Shown piece after piece: positions 1 to 12,800 of a stretch of 64,000 nt of DNA. The stretch's first letter is position 1, and the number at the start of each line of letters is the position of its first letter. The translations under genes were made by a program, and so were the position numbers. The stretch is taken from positions 71,968,065 through 72,032,064 of the forward strand of contig NC_068991.1 of assembly GCF_001194135.2 (NCBI RefSeq), in the 5' to 3' direction. The DNA comes from Octopus bimaculoides. Its lineage: Eukaryota. A model generated the notes under the pieces. The model was not told the origin of the DNA. It made no database searches and saw only the letters and a list, made by a program, of their open reading frames with translations.

Positions 1-211
1 TTTTTTTGGCTCGACTAGAAGGGCTGTTTGCTCTGGCAAGTAGGGCAACACCTCTGCATCTACCACTGTTCTTCCACGATATAATAGTTTGACTTTCATC
101 ACAATCCTAGACAAAGTCATCTGCCCGACAAATCTAAAGAATAACATTATTTAGAAAATGAATTATTCAGAGCCGCCAACAATAGTTAAGCAGGCTTTAG
201 ATTATTTTGAG

Positions 212-387
212 CAGTGAGTCTCAACTGGGATCCATAAGGCCCTTGGGATCCCATATAAGACTTGGGCGAGATGGGTGAAGTATCAATATAAAATTAGTTT
301 TTAAACATAGAATGGCTACGGGGTGGGGTTCACCAGAATAAAACAGTAATCAGAGGCGTCCATAGGTAAAATGATTGAGAATTATTG
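212..387. mobile_element. Degenerate hAT-type MITE
   Basis: Ends CAGTGAGTCTCAAC / GATTGAGAATTATTG; similar right end at 19768-19781 (ggttaagaaccactg). Confidence 0.45.
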
Positions 388-588
388 ATTTGGACTNNNN
401 NNNNNNNNNNNNNNNNNNNNNNNNNNNNNNNNNNNNNNNNNNNNNNNNNNNNNNNNNNNNNNNNNNNNNNNNNNNNNNNNNNNNNNNNNNNNNNNNNNNN
501 NNNNNNNNNNNNNNNNNNNNNNNNNNNNNNNNNNNNNNNNNNNNCTCTCTGTCTCTGTCTGTCTGTCTGTCTGTCTCTTTGTGTCTCC

Positions 589-628
<40 letters not shown>

Positions 629-726
629 TTATCTATCTATCTATCTCCAATCCTTCAATACCATAAATGTATCTGATTGATACTTCTGCTACTGTTTATA
701 GTTATCTTCAATACTTACACGTATGG

Positions 727-960
727 AGACACATGGCCCAATGGTTAGAGCAGCGTACTCGCGGTCGAGGGATCGCGGGTTCGAATCTCAGACCGGGCGA
801 TGTGTGTGTTTATGAGCGAAAAACCCAAGCTACACGCGGCTCCGGCTGAAGGTAATGGCGAACCTCGGCTGACTCTTTCGCCACAATATTTTTTCTTACT
901 CCTGCATCCGGAAACCGGCCCTTGTGGACCAGGCATGCGTCGAGAGGGAACAAACAACAC
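727..960 (+). mobile_element. tRNA-derived SINE with RTE-like downstream segment
   Basis: A box TGGCCCAATGG, B box GGTTCGAATC (735-799); no CCA or proper acceptor stem; followed by gaaggtaatggcgaacc. Confidence 0.65.
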
Positions 961-2199
961 CTTACATATATACATTGGACTCCAGCCATGCTGGAGTTCT
1001 GCCTTCACATTTTTTAGTTATATCAATCCCAGTGTTTTGTCCGGTATTTATTTTATCGATCACATCAAGCTTTGCTACATATATAAATACAGTAACCAAA
1101 TTCGGTTCTTCCTTCTTTCTTTCAGTATCGACGGAGGAAGGAAACACCTTGTGCGAGGGACTACATAGCTCCTAGCCGCTCTACTTGTCTAGACTATGTT
1201 ACTCTTTCTCTCTCTCTCCTTTTCCCACCAGTCTTCTAGCAGTCAACAAAATACGAATTTAACTACCTACGGAATGGATAACAGATCGGCAAATTATCAT
1301 TGTGTAACAACTCGAAGAAGTTGTATCTTACATTGTAACGATGAGAATAAAGGCCCATTTCAACCAATATTTTTCTTGTGTCGTTCATTTGCAACATATA
1401 AATAGTTACATTTGTATTATATGTGTAATAATTAAATTATGTAATGTGCACTTTGAGTTTTCTTATGCGCATGGTTCCCCTGGTCCGTAGTACAAAAAAA
1501 AAAAAAAAAGATTGGGAACCGCTGTCGCAATGGACACACTGAGAGACGTCAAAAAATTAAAAGATGATGAAGAAAACAGCTCCGAAGATATAATTCAGCA
1601 TCCAGAACAGTTTAAATAAATAAAGCTCCTGTGGATAGATAAAGAAAAAAGAAGTATAAAATAATTTCAAAAAACAAATTCTGCGTCCAGAGAGAAAAAT
1701 GGTTCTTTTGCTTCACTGCCGTTTGGTCTTCGTTACCATGGAGACATATATCGTTTATTACGTCATCACGTCACATCACGAACGGAATATTTTGAATGTT
1801 ACCTGAAAAAATATAAAAGTTAAACGAATTGATTTTTATTAGCCATAAGGCATAACGTAGAGGGGACAGTACAAAGCAAGAGGGTCGGGGATCGGATGAT
1901 AGAGAAATATGAGCTAAAAATTAATGATATAAAATCGAATGATGAAACAAGGAGTGGGGGACGGGTTCGACCCCACAAACCCCGTTCCACCGCTGAACTC
2001 TTTGATTACTTTTATGTTCTCACTCAAGTAGGCTCGTTTACTCTCAGCAAACTTGCACCTTTCTTCCATCTTTTGTCATATACACCGGGCGACAGACATT
2101 TCCTCTCCAGCCTTATGAGAAGTTAACAACGTACTATAGCTGTTTCTCACAAGTGATCTGTTTATATCGACTGAAAATATTTGTATTTCGGGGTAGAAA

Positions 2200-2615
2200 A
2201 CTTCATTCCCAGAGGCGTAGCTAGAATGTGTACCACCCGGATTAGCCCCCGAGTTTGCCATCCTCTCTTTCCGTTCCCTTCTACGACTTCACCAGCTCCA
2301 ATTTCTAGTCTCTTAATAACCCCGATTGTAATTCTATGTGCGGGGCACAGTTGAGAAAGACACCAACCACTCAGCTTGCAGTACCAATGCTGAGCTGGTA
2401 GCCGAGATCAACGAGGTGTTCGAAGACCTTCCCACGGATACAGTGAGGAATGCCTGCACCAGGTTCCTGAGCCGTCTTGAGACCATGGTGGGAGCTGGGG
2501 GTGACAACTTTTAGTAAACTGCTGTCTCCCAACAATAATCTAGTTATGTTTTTGGATAGGATATTCTATTTTCGTTTCCTTTTATGCAAATTGTCAAATT
2601 TTCCCCGAACACCTG
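2200..2615 (+). mobile_element. Tc1/mariner-superfamily transposase 3' remnant
   Basis: Translates to YDFTSSNF*SLNNPDC...FYVRGTVEKDTNHSAC...RNACTRFLSRLETMVGAGGDNF* (decayed WPPNSPD motif); TIR-like end aacacctg followed by a TA-rich flank. Confidence 0.7.
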
Positions 2616-2739
2616 ATATATGTATGTATGTATGCATGTATGTATGTGTGTATGTATGCATGTATGTATGTATGATGTATGTATGTATGTATGTATGTCT
2701 ATCTACCTGTCTCAGTCTCTTCCTCTCCCCCTCTTTCTC

Positions 2740-2771
<32 letters not shown>

Positions 2772-5417
2772 TGTACGTAAGTATGTATGTCTGTTTGTCT
2801 GTCTGTCTATCAATCTATTGTCTCATTCTCTTCTTCTCCCTCTTTCTCTCTCTATGTATATTGTATGTATGTATGTACACATAAACGTACATATATAGAA
2901 ACTTTTTTATATACATAAATGTGTGTATAATATATATATATATATATATATATACAGAGAGGTGGGAAGCACCAAGGCACACATATGTGTACGCACGTAC
3001 ACATATTGTTTTTCGACATTCTTTCCCTCTTCCCAATGAGTAATCTACAGTTTCAGCGAACGTATCCGCTTAACACCGACTAATCCTCTTTCATGTACCG
3101 CATATGCAGTTTTGGCTACCTTTCCTCATGTGTTGTATTGCACACCTGAGCAGTGTCAACGAACTGGCGGAACCGTTAGCACGCCGGACAAAATGTTTAG
3201 CGGCATCTCGTCCGTCTTTTACGTTCTGAGTTCAAATTCCGCCGTGGTTGACTTTGTCGTTCATCCTTTCGGAATCGATAAGATAAATACCTGTTGAGTA
3301 CTGGGTCGATGTAATCGACTTTCCCCCTCCCACGATGTTGCTGGCCTCATGCCAAAATTTGAAACCAATATTTCTGACACACTTTTAGTAGCTTCAATAG
3401 ATTAAATATTCTCTCTTCTTTGGTCCTTATTAACTGCACGCACGTATGTCGTTCTTAAAGTTACTCTAGGACGATAAAACCCAGCGTTTTTGTTTGTATT
3501 TAACTCAATGAATCTGGAAGAAGAAAGGCCTTTGAAGGCTCTCCTAGAGGAGTGACGTTTATCTTATCTACACCCCTCTTCAGACTTTATTTGCTAACAG
3601 CTGCGGAAAAACGAGCAAGAAAGAAATTTCACACAGCCAACTTCCTGGGTAATCATGATTTGAGTGAGATTTAGCTATTATTTCAAGAAGACAGAAGACT
3701 GCCAAGCTTTTTTTTTTTTTTTTTTTTTTNNNNNNNNNNNNNNNNNNNNNNNNNNNNNNNNNNNNNNNNNNNNNNNNNNNNNNNNNNNNNNNNNNNNNNN
3801 NNNNNNNNNNNNNNNNNNNNNNNNNNNNNNNNNNNNNNNNNNNNNNNNNNNNNNNNNNNNNNNNNNNNNNNNNNNNNNNNNNNNNNNNNNNNNNNNNNNN
3901 NNNNNNNNNNNNNNNNNNNNNNNNNNNNNNNNNNNNNNNNNNNNNNNNNNNNNNNNNNNNNNNNNNNNNNNNNNNNNNNNNNNNNNNNNNNNNNNNNNNN
4001 NNNNNNNNNNNNNNNNNNNNNNNNNNNNNNNTAATGCCCCCTCTTTCTCTTCCGCCGAGGTCGACTTTGCCTTTCATCCTTTCGAGGTCTATAAATTAAG
4101 TACCAGTTACGCACTGGGGTCGATGTAATCGACTTAATTCCTTTGTCTGTCCTTGTTTGCCCCCTCTATGTTTAGCCCCTTGTGGGCAGTAAAGAAATAA
4201 GAAACGTTAGCACGCCGGGCGAAATGCTTAGCGGTATTTCGTCTGTCTTTACGTTCTGAGTTCACATTCTGCCGAGTTCGACTTTGTCTTTCATCCTTTC
4301 GATGTCGATAAATTAAGTACAAGTTGCGTACTGGAGTCGATCTAATCGACTGGCCTCCTCCTCAAAAATTTCGGGCCTTGTGCCTAGAGTAGAAAAGAAT
4401 TTATGTTCTGTACGTTATAGTCGTTTTTGTTTAACAATACACCTAACTAATATATAGTTGAGTTCTTTCAAAAGCACATATATAAATTGCTTACGTTTGC
4501 AAATGTCTCTTCAATCCAGCTATTTCGAACTATTAAATTAATGTTCGTTAGAAATTATGATTTTCCAATTTAAATCAAATATGTCCTTCAGACTACTTCA
4601 TTTTCATTTTCCTATTATTCGCATAGAATTTTGACGTTGTTTCATCTAGTTGCATTATTTATATGACATTTGAAACGCATCTACATATAAGAAAATAAAA
4701 TCGTTCGTAAATTACGTTTGCGTAAATTTCTATTGAGGCAAGGGAAATAACTATTAACAGTCCTCCTTGTTCGCGGGAGTTACTTCCCGTTGATAGACCA
4801 TAGCCGAATGGTTACGTAGTTCGTTTCGCAACCAGAATGTTTCAAGTTCGATCACATTTTGTAGAATTTAAGGCAATTTCTTTATATATATGTATATATA
4901 TAATTTTTTGGGGGTGGTTTATATCTTGTAAGTGGAATTAACTCGACGGAAATTAAATAAAATCCATAGGGAAGATTATACAAGCATTTCAAAAAACACA
5001 GCCGTGTCACGTTTATTCTGCATGAGAATTACGATAAAGATACACAAGTCTGTGGAATTCTTTGCCACTTGCACGTTAACACCTGACCAAGGAGTTTCAT
5101 TGATCTAATCTTCATCGTCGAACGACGAAGATCCACTGCCAGTTCCTGTTAATTTCGCAGATTTCTGCGCCTTAATAACTTTTTTATGTGAGGCTTTAAT
5201 GCTTTCTGGAACAAATAGGTGAAATTATGCTTTGATAATTTCATCATCACAACCGTTAAACTATTTCTCGATAAAAAAAATATATATAACCAAAAAAACG
5301 TGAGACAGACGTTTCAATATTTACATCCCACCACAGACACACACATCACCACGCACACACGCACATGCACACAGACGCACGCACGCACACACACACACAC
5401 CACCACCACCACCACCA

Positions 5418-5750
5418 AACGAAGCCTTTTGGCGTGTATTCAACTTCCCACTGCACCAAAGACATCCTGCTATCTTAGAAATGGTCAAAGAGTGCACCTC
5501 ACTACTGCGACTGCTGCTCATTTGGCACAGGAACAAAAAGACACCACTCTGACCGCGTTTTTCAAGCTTTCTCAAGTAGATCTGTTTGCTAGAACTCTGC
5601 TGTATCCACTGGTATCATCCTACTACACATGGAACAAACAAATAAAGAAATGGACACGACGAAAGGCAGGTCAGCCTGTTGGTGGACAGCCAGGCATAAG
5701 ATTTGACAGTTGTCTAGGTTGAGTGTACACAGTGCACCCAAGCCAGCAAG
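5418..5750 (+). mobile_element. Helitron RepHel fragment
   Basis: NEAFWRVFNFPLHQRHPAI / NGQRVHLT...TTLTAFFKLSQVDLFARTLLYPLVSSYYTWN...LG*VYTVHP; one frameshift and one stop. Confidence 0.85.
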
Positions 5751-7599
5751 CTCTCGTAAACGTATATTATTATTATTATTCGTTAGAAATTATGATTTTC
5801 TAGTTTTAAATTAAATAATTCCCTAGACTAATCCATTTTCATTTTCCAATTATTCGTATATAGTTTTAAGCTTCTTTTTGCTCCTCTCCTCGCATTATCT
5901 TGTGACTTCCTAATTGCATTTACGTTTGGGAAAATAAAATCGTTCGTAAACAATGGATTTTCGTAAATTTCTGAAATTACTCAGGCAAGGAAAATAACTC
6001 TAAAGAAACTTCTGCTTATATGAGAGTTATTTCACATAAGTACATTCTGTAAGGTTATGACGTTCGTTTCGCAACTCCAATGTTTCAGGTTCGATCTCAC
6101 TTTTTGGTATCTTGGGCAAATGTCATTTCTTATTGTTTGGGTCGAGGTATATCTTCTAAAAGAAATTGGGTAGACGAAAAGTGTGTAGAAATCGTCAGGA
6201 AGATTGCACCCGTAATTCAAAAACCACAGCCTTGTCGCACATTGCATTACGTCCATTTTGCATGAGAATTGCGATAAGTGTACATGAGTTTGTGGAATAC
6301 TCAACCACTCACACGATAATTCATAAACAAGTAATTCTGTTTAATACACTTCGTCATCTGAAAGTGCAATGTTTTCTGGAATAATCCGGTGACATTATAT
6401 TTTGATAATTTCATCACCACCGCTAAACTATATTCTCTTATCGTTTTATTCCTTCAATTCTTTGAAAAAAAAAAAACAAAAAAAAAACAGGAGAAACCGA
6501 TGCAGGAGTTTACCACATAGGTTGCATCTATTATATCATCCCTTGATATTGTCTGCACTGAGTACCCCGTTGATAGGCCGCCAATACGAAAAATAAAATG
6601 TTGAAAACTTAGGGTACGCAAATTAATAGCTTCAATTTTCTGTAGCTAATGGATTTGTTTTGCTGTTTGCTTTTCTGGGATTATTCAAATGATGTAGAGT
6701 CCAATAAGGGTCGAAAGTCGATTAAGGCTGTTCATTACTTTTACAATCTACAGAGAAATAGCTAAATTTGTTCTGTTTGTATGTCTACTACATACGATAG
6801 ATATATTCGTTTCTACTATTGGCACAGGGTCTGAAATTTCAGAGGCGGGGGTAAGTCGATCACATCAACCCCAGTGCGCAACTGGCACTTATTTCATCGA
6901 CTTCGAAAGGATGAAAAGCAAAGTCAATCTCGGTAGGATTTGAACTCAGAACGTAAAGACGGACGAAATACCGCTAAGCTTTTCACCCGCCTCGGTCTTC
7001 CGACGACGAGCTTTTCAAACACAACAATTTTAATATACGCTGCTAGAGGGCGCCTCCAGTCGATCCTTGTTAATGGATTTGAAGTGTACTAACTGTAATC
7101 GCGGTACCTCAAAAGAGTGCTATGTTGTTATTTTTCGTCACTTCCACTTCGCTCTGAGAATGTGTAATTTGCTGCAGCTGCTGGGGCACAGGCGTCGGTT
7201 TCAGTCTAATATGTCTGCTGGGACCAATGCAAAAAGCCGCGTATCGTCGCGACCGGATGGATTAGGAGGTGCGATGCTCCTGGCTTCCGGACAAGTAGGC
7301 GCTAGCACCTACCAGACGCTGTTTTTGGGGACTAACACCTAGGTGCCTACCTGTAATCGCAGTTTCGGTCGCATGAACTGGCTCTAGAATTTCCACAGTT
7401 ATTCTCTACCCTCGCGCTGACGAATACAGGCTCGAGGATTAGATCCGGTTTCTGCGTATTCACCATTTATTAACAGCAGGAACTTACACTTGCAGGGCTT
7501 AAGTTTTGAGACTAGCATATGACTACTGGGAGGATCAACCAACTATCGTCATCTTCGGAGCAGCAAAAGAGCAAGCGCCGCGAGGTCGCTGGTTCGCTT

Positions 7600-8110
7600 T
7601 TCCAGCGCTTCATTGGTGTAACATCTGATTCGTCTTGTATCAAATTTTTCTCCCAGCTCACTTATATACTCTTGATGTACGACAACATTACACATTCAGT
7701 GAAGCATGCTTGACCCATTTCTTTCTAATCTTCACAAGTCCTCTGCATTCGAGGCCCACACTTTGCTACCAGGCAGCTTCATATTTCACACATAGGCATC
7801 ATACCATCTACCTTTCACTAGGAGAGAGAAACCCCTTGATGCTCCCCAAACTTTATCCAACCTGTTCTTACTCTAGCTGCTACACTTTCAGAACATATCC
7901 CTACCTGTTAATTAGGTCACCTAGGTAATAAAAGCTATCAACAACTAGGAAAGCTTTCCAGGTATTTTCAGCCTTCTCTGTTCACCTGCCTCTAATCCCT
8001 TCGCACCCCTTCTGTTTCCACTATTTACGCTGGATACACCGAATGGAATTTCTACTTGCTTTTTTTCTGCATACTGAGTACAGCTATTTCGCTGATGGTA
8101 TTAAGGTCTT
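7600..8110 (-). mobile_element. Degenerate RTE LINE ORF2 fragment
   Basis: Reverse complement is colinear with 40200-40560 (KGR.YDA, ERN.ASML.WMCNV). Confidence 0.7.
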
Positions 8111-8296
8111 TTCTCTTTTCAAACTCCCATCTTTGTTAAATTTTCTTTTCAATTTCAGGTTTTTGCTTTCATCTCAGAAATGCTTTTACACACACACACA
8201 CATAAATAGAGATACAGTCATACACAAAGAAACTAATAATTTACATATTTACAAGCACATTTATTAAACCTTAATATCTATATCTATGTGTCTGAA

Positions 8297-8328
<32 letters not shown>

Positions 8329-8785
8329 AACATTTACATATATTTATAAACCTATATATATATCACACCATATAATATAGTCTTCTGTTTGATGTTTCTG
8401 AGGGTTTCTTGTACCATATTCAAACGTGTTTTAAGATACTGGCACCCACAGTTGTCTTTATAATGGGATGTGATACCAGAAAGTTGGAATAGTGATGGTG
8501 TAAAACTTTAGATTCGAATGAATGTATGAATGAGTGAATGGATGAATAAAGCAATATATATATGTGCATACATATATATATTTATATATTATAGATATGT
8601 CGATAGATAGTTATGCATTTATGTCAACAACCACAAATGTACACACATATATAAATGAATAGGAAGCAAAAAAGATGATATGTCCAAAATTGGTCTCTGA
8701 ATGTGAAAGAAGTTTCAGTTGATATTGGTCTCATGAGAAAAAAATTTCATTTATGTTTTCTTTTTGTCAATTTTGTATAATGATT

Positions 8786-9820
8786 TCAGTTTGATGCAAG
8801 AGAATAGAGGGAGAATGCGTCACCCGATGTTGGCACCAAAGTAACAGGAAAAGGAGATGGTGAGGATGTTTGCTGTAAGACTTCAGTTGAACTTAAGTCT
8901 GCTTTTGATAATTCGGGACTTAACGATTTATTTGGAGATTTTCTTTCATTGTCTTTCTGTGAAGATTGGTTGTCATGAATGGAATTGTTCATCTGTTTAT
9001 CTTCTCCACTGTCTCCATCGCTGTTGCTACTGTTGTTGCTAGGGACTGTGGTTGTGCTGCAGTTACTGTTGTTCATGTGTTCAGTGCTTTGATCTTGAAG
9101 GTTGTTCTCATAACTTTTACCATCTTGTGACAAATAAGAACTAATCTGGTCAGTACTTTGCTTTTTCTGACTAAGCTGAACAGAAGAATTAAACTCTGAA
9201 GAATGCTGGTACGGTTCTGTTTTGACTTGTCCTTGGGGAGTCGTAAAAATCTGAGCATTCTGACTCGTGGACGGAAGACAATATTCTTGACTATCAGGAA
9301 ACACAACAGGCATGTCACTCCCAGTGTGGATTCTAGAGATTGCTGAAGCAGCAGGACTTGCAAGAGCAATGTTATGGTAACTCGGAAGATCTGTAGAATG
9401 CTGATAATGATTAGGATCTATTCTATCAGCCAGACTATGGTCGTCCCCTAAATTAAGAATTACAGTCTGTTTGCTAGGGCGCCCTCTTTTCCGTTTGCCA
9501 GCATATTCCTGGCTGTAATTTTCAATCAAAGAAGGCATGGTTAACGGAAGCTGCAGATGAAGCTTATATTCAGCTAAACTGGAAGAAAATTCTCGACAAT
9601 ATCGCTGGACCTTCTCTACTTTCAGCAAATTAGCAACACGTTCAATGTCTTTGTAATTGTACTCAGTCAAGTTCAACACTCCATCGTAAAGAAAAGCTAC
9701 AAAGGTGGCAAGAGCTTCATCGTTGATACCAGACGGAAGATTCACTTCAAGCTCTGCACCGTCTCTTATGTTTTTCTCAAGCAGATGAGGACTCACAGCA
9801 AATAAAATCAGTCGATGAAG
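8786..9820 (-). CDS. BTB gene terminal coding exon 8 (BTB C-terminal part, AT-hook, Ser/Gln-rich tail)
   Basis: Acceptor cttttatag|CTTCATCGA; 345 codons to TGA at 8788-8786; extends ORF 8786..9796. Confidence 0.9.
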   Translation of the reverse strand, partial: LHRLILFAVSPHLLEKNIRDGAELEVNLPSGINDEALATFVAFLYDGVLNLTEYNYKDIERVANLLKVEKVQRYCREFSSSLAEYKLHLQLPLTMPSLIENYSQEYAGKRKRGRPSKQTVILNLGDDHSLADRIDPNHYQHSTDLPSYHNIALASPAASAISRIHTGSDMPVVFPDSQEYCLPSTSQNAQIFTTPQGQVKTEPYQHSSEFNSSVQLSQKKQSTDQISSYLSQDGKSYENNLQDQSTEHMNNSNCSTTTVPSNNSSNSDGDSGEDKQMNNSIHDNQSSQKDNERKSPNKSLSPELSKADLSSTEVLQQTSSPSPFPVTLVPTSGDAFSLYSLASN

Positions 9821-12800
9821 CTATAAAAGATAAAAGAAAATATTCATATTATTTAAAAGCAAACAGTCAGCCATTTTGTTTACTTTATTAAGAATTTTGT
9901 CAAGTTAATATAATATAATATAATATTTCCCCATGTCCTTTGGACATGAACAGCATGATGGCTGGACAGGTTTGCATGAGAGATCGCAAACAAATGACAC
10001 CCCTTGTATGACAGTGATGCTTATTTACAACCAGCATGTAATGCCAAGATCACACACACACATGCACATATATGATGGGCTTCCTTCGTTGTCAATCTAC
10101 CAAATCCATTCACTAGGCTTTGGTTGGCTTGAGGTTATAGTAGAAAAACTCGCTCAAGGTGCCGCGCACAGAGATTGAACCTGGAACCTTGTGTTTGCAG
10201 TGAATTTCTTAACCACACAGCCAGGACATTACAAACTATTTAGAGTAAATACAATTAACTATTGTATATGCAACAAAATGAAGTTTATACAAGATAAGCA
10301 CATGTAATAATAATTTTAAATTTTGGCACAAGGCCAGCAATTTTGGAGGAGGGGATAAGTCAACAAGATCAACCCCAGTGTTCAACTGGTACTTATTTTA
10401 CCAACCCTGAAAGGACGAAAGGCAAAGTCGACCTCAGCAGTATTTGAACTCAGGACACAGAAATGGATGAAATGCTGCTAAGCATTTTCCCTGGGGCGGT
10501 AACGATTCTACAAGCTCACCACCTTATAAATGCATATAATATTGATTTCTAAAATTCTCTTTCTTACAGCACATCAGTTCAAATTTAGAAAATATGTATG
10601 TATAAATATCTTAAATGTTCAGAGCCTTGCAATCAATTCCAAGCACAAAACAAACATATTTATAAACATCAACATCTTCATCATCCTCATTATTTAATGT
10701 TCGCTTTTCATGCTGGCATGGGTTGGATGGTTTGACTGAGGACTGGCAAGCCAGGAGGCTGCACCAGACTCCAATTTGATTTGGCAAGGTTTCTACAGCT
10801 GGATGCCCTTCCTAATGCCAACCACTCTGAGAGAGTAATGGGTGCTTTTTATGTGCCACCGAAATGGGTGCTAGTCAAGGGGCACTGGCATCGACTATGC
10901 TCAAATGGTGCTTTTGATGTGCTACCCGCATGGGAGCCAGTCAGGCGGCACTGGCATTGACCATGCTCGAATGGTGCTTTTTACGTGCCACCAGCACGGG
11001 GGTCGCACAGACAGCACTGGCATCAACCACACTTGAATGGCGCTTTTTACATGCCACTGGTATTGGCATCAGCCATGCTCGAATGGTGCTTAATTCAAAA
11101 TCTCAAATATAACAATGATAGTTTCTTATTCCCCGTGTGGTAAGTAGCTTGCTTACTAACCACATGGTTCCGGGTTCAGTCCCACCACATGGTACCTTGG
11201 GCAAGTGTCTTCTACTATAGCCTTGGGCCCGTCGTATATATATGTATATGTATATATATATGTGTGTGTGTTTGTGTGTCTGTGTTTATTCCCCCAAAAT
11301 CGCTTGACAACCGATGCTGGTGTGTTTACGTCCCCGTAACTTAGCGGTTCAGCAAAAGAGACCGATAGAATAAGTACTAAGCTTACAAAGAATAAGTCCT
11401 GGGGTCGATTTGTTCGACTAAAGGCGGTGCTCCAGCATGGCCACAGTCAAATGACTGAAACAAGTAAAAGAGTAAAAAATCATATTTACCATAATCTTTG
11501 TCTCTCCGCTGCAAATAACGGCATCACAAAGTTTGTTAGTTCTCCACAACCAAGACAAGGATTTTAAAATCCCATCAGAATGTTCTGGTTCGACATAGGC
11601 TTTTTTGAATGGTGTTGGTGATTTTACATATGAAGATGTAAAGCTGAAATAGAACAATGTTTTATGTACAAATCAATCCTTTAGCATTCAGATTACTCTG
11701 CAAAATGTAATGCTTCCTTATCCATATTGTTTTGAATTAATCATGCATTATTTTCAGAGTGACATGGGAAGGTAGGTGTGAGAGGTTGGATCTAGCCAGT
11801 TTGAACATAAAATAGGCAGAAAGAATATTTGGGTTGGTTATGGCCCGTTTAAATGCTTAAGGGCATTTATTATTATTAAACAATAGAATATCTTAAATGA
11901 AATAAATTTCAACTGACTTCATAAACCAGGATTTTGTTAATAAGCTTGGAAATTACCTCGGAGATTGTCAGCCACCAAGGGACATGCTCAACTGGTTAAG
12001 GTCAAGCAACTGACAAGCAAATCTGTGGTATTGAGCAGAATATTTGCTGTAGCCCATCTTTTATACCAAGACAAAACAATGTACTTGATAACACTTCCAA
12101 TCAGTTAAGATCAAAAGCCATGAGAGCCACTGCNNNNNNNNNNTGTACTTGATAACACTTCCAATCAGTTAAGATCAAAAGCCATGAGAGCCACTGCCTG
12201 GTACTGCATCAAGGCATTTATTATTATTATTAAACACTAAAGTAATGGATTTTATGCTGAGAATAGCAAGATAGTCTAGATGTTTTATTGTGCCAGATGT
12301 GATATTTCATTGCTCTAAGTTCAATTCATTCTGGGTTTAAACTTTGTGTATAGTTTTCTCCAAACTCAGAAAGAAAGCGAAAAAGTGACTGATTTCAGAA
12401 CATAACTAAACTAACATAAAGCATTTTGTCAGCTCAGAGTTGAAAACAGTGGAGAACAGTTTTCCATGATCAATGTTCCACAGAGGGCGAAGGGCCTAAG
12501 TAAGTATACTAATAATTTAATATACTAATAAAGTAAGTATACTAATAATTTTAGAACAGTTCTTAAAGTCTGGGATTCTTTTGACAGCTTCAACAATTAA
12601 ATAAAAACCAAAAGTTCTTAAACAATAGAATATCTTAAATGAAATAAATTTCAACTGACGTTATAGACCAGGATTTTCTTAATAAGCTTGGAAATTACCT
12701 CGGAGATTCTTCGCATAGTGGAATACGCAGGGCAGTTGTGGTAGTGGCAGTAGAAGTACATCCTTCCAAAGATTCAATAAGACTAGAAATACCTTGTCCT

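Noticed and set aside
735-799. tRNA genes (also at 13015, 19470, 42081, 57790)
   Set aside because: A/B boxes are present but the acceptor stems are broken and SINE bodies follow; these are SINE heads.
12084-12196. Direct repeat flanking a 10-N gap (also at 18680-18773 and 29559-29672)
   Set aside because: The same sequence on both sides of a short N run is a contig-overlap artefact, not a tandem duplication.
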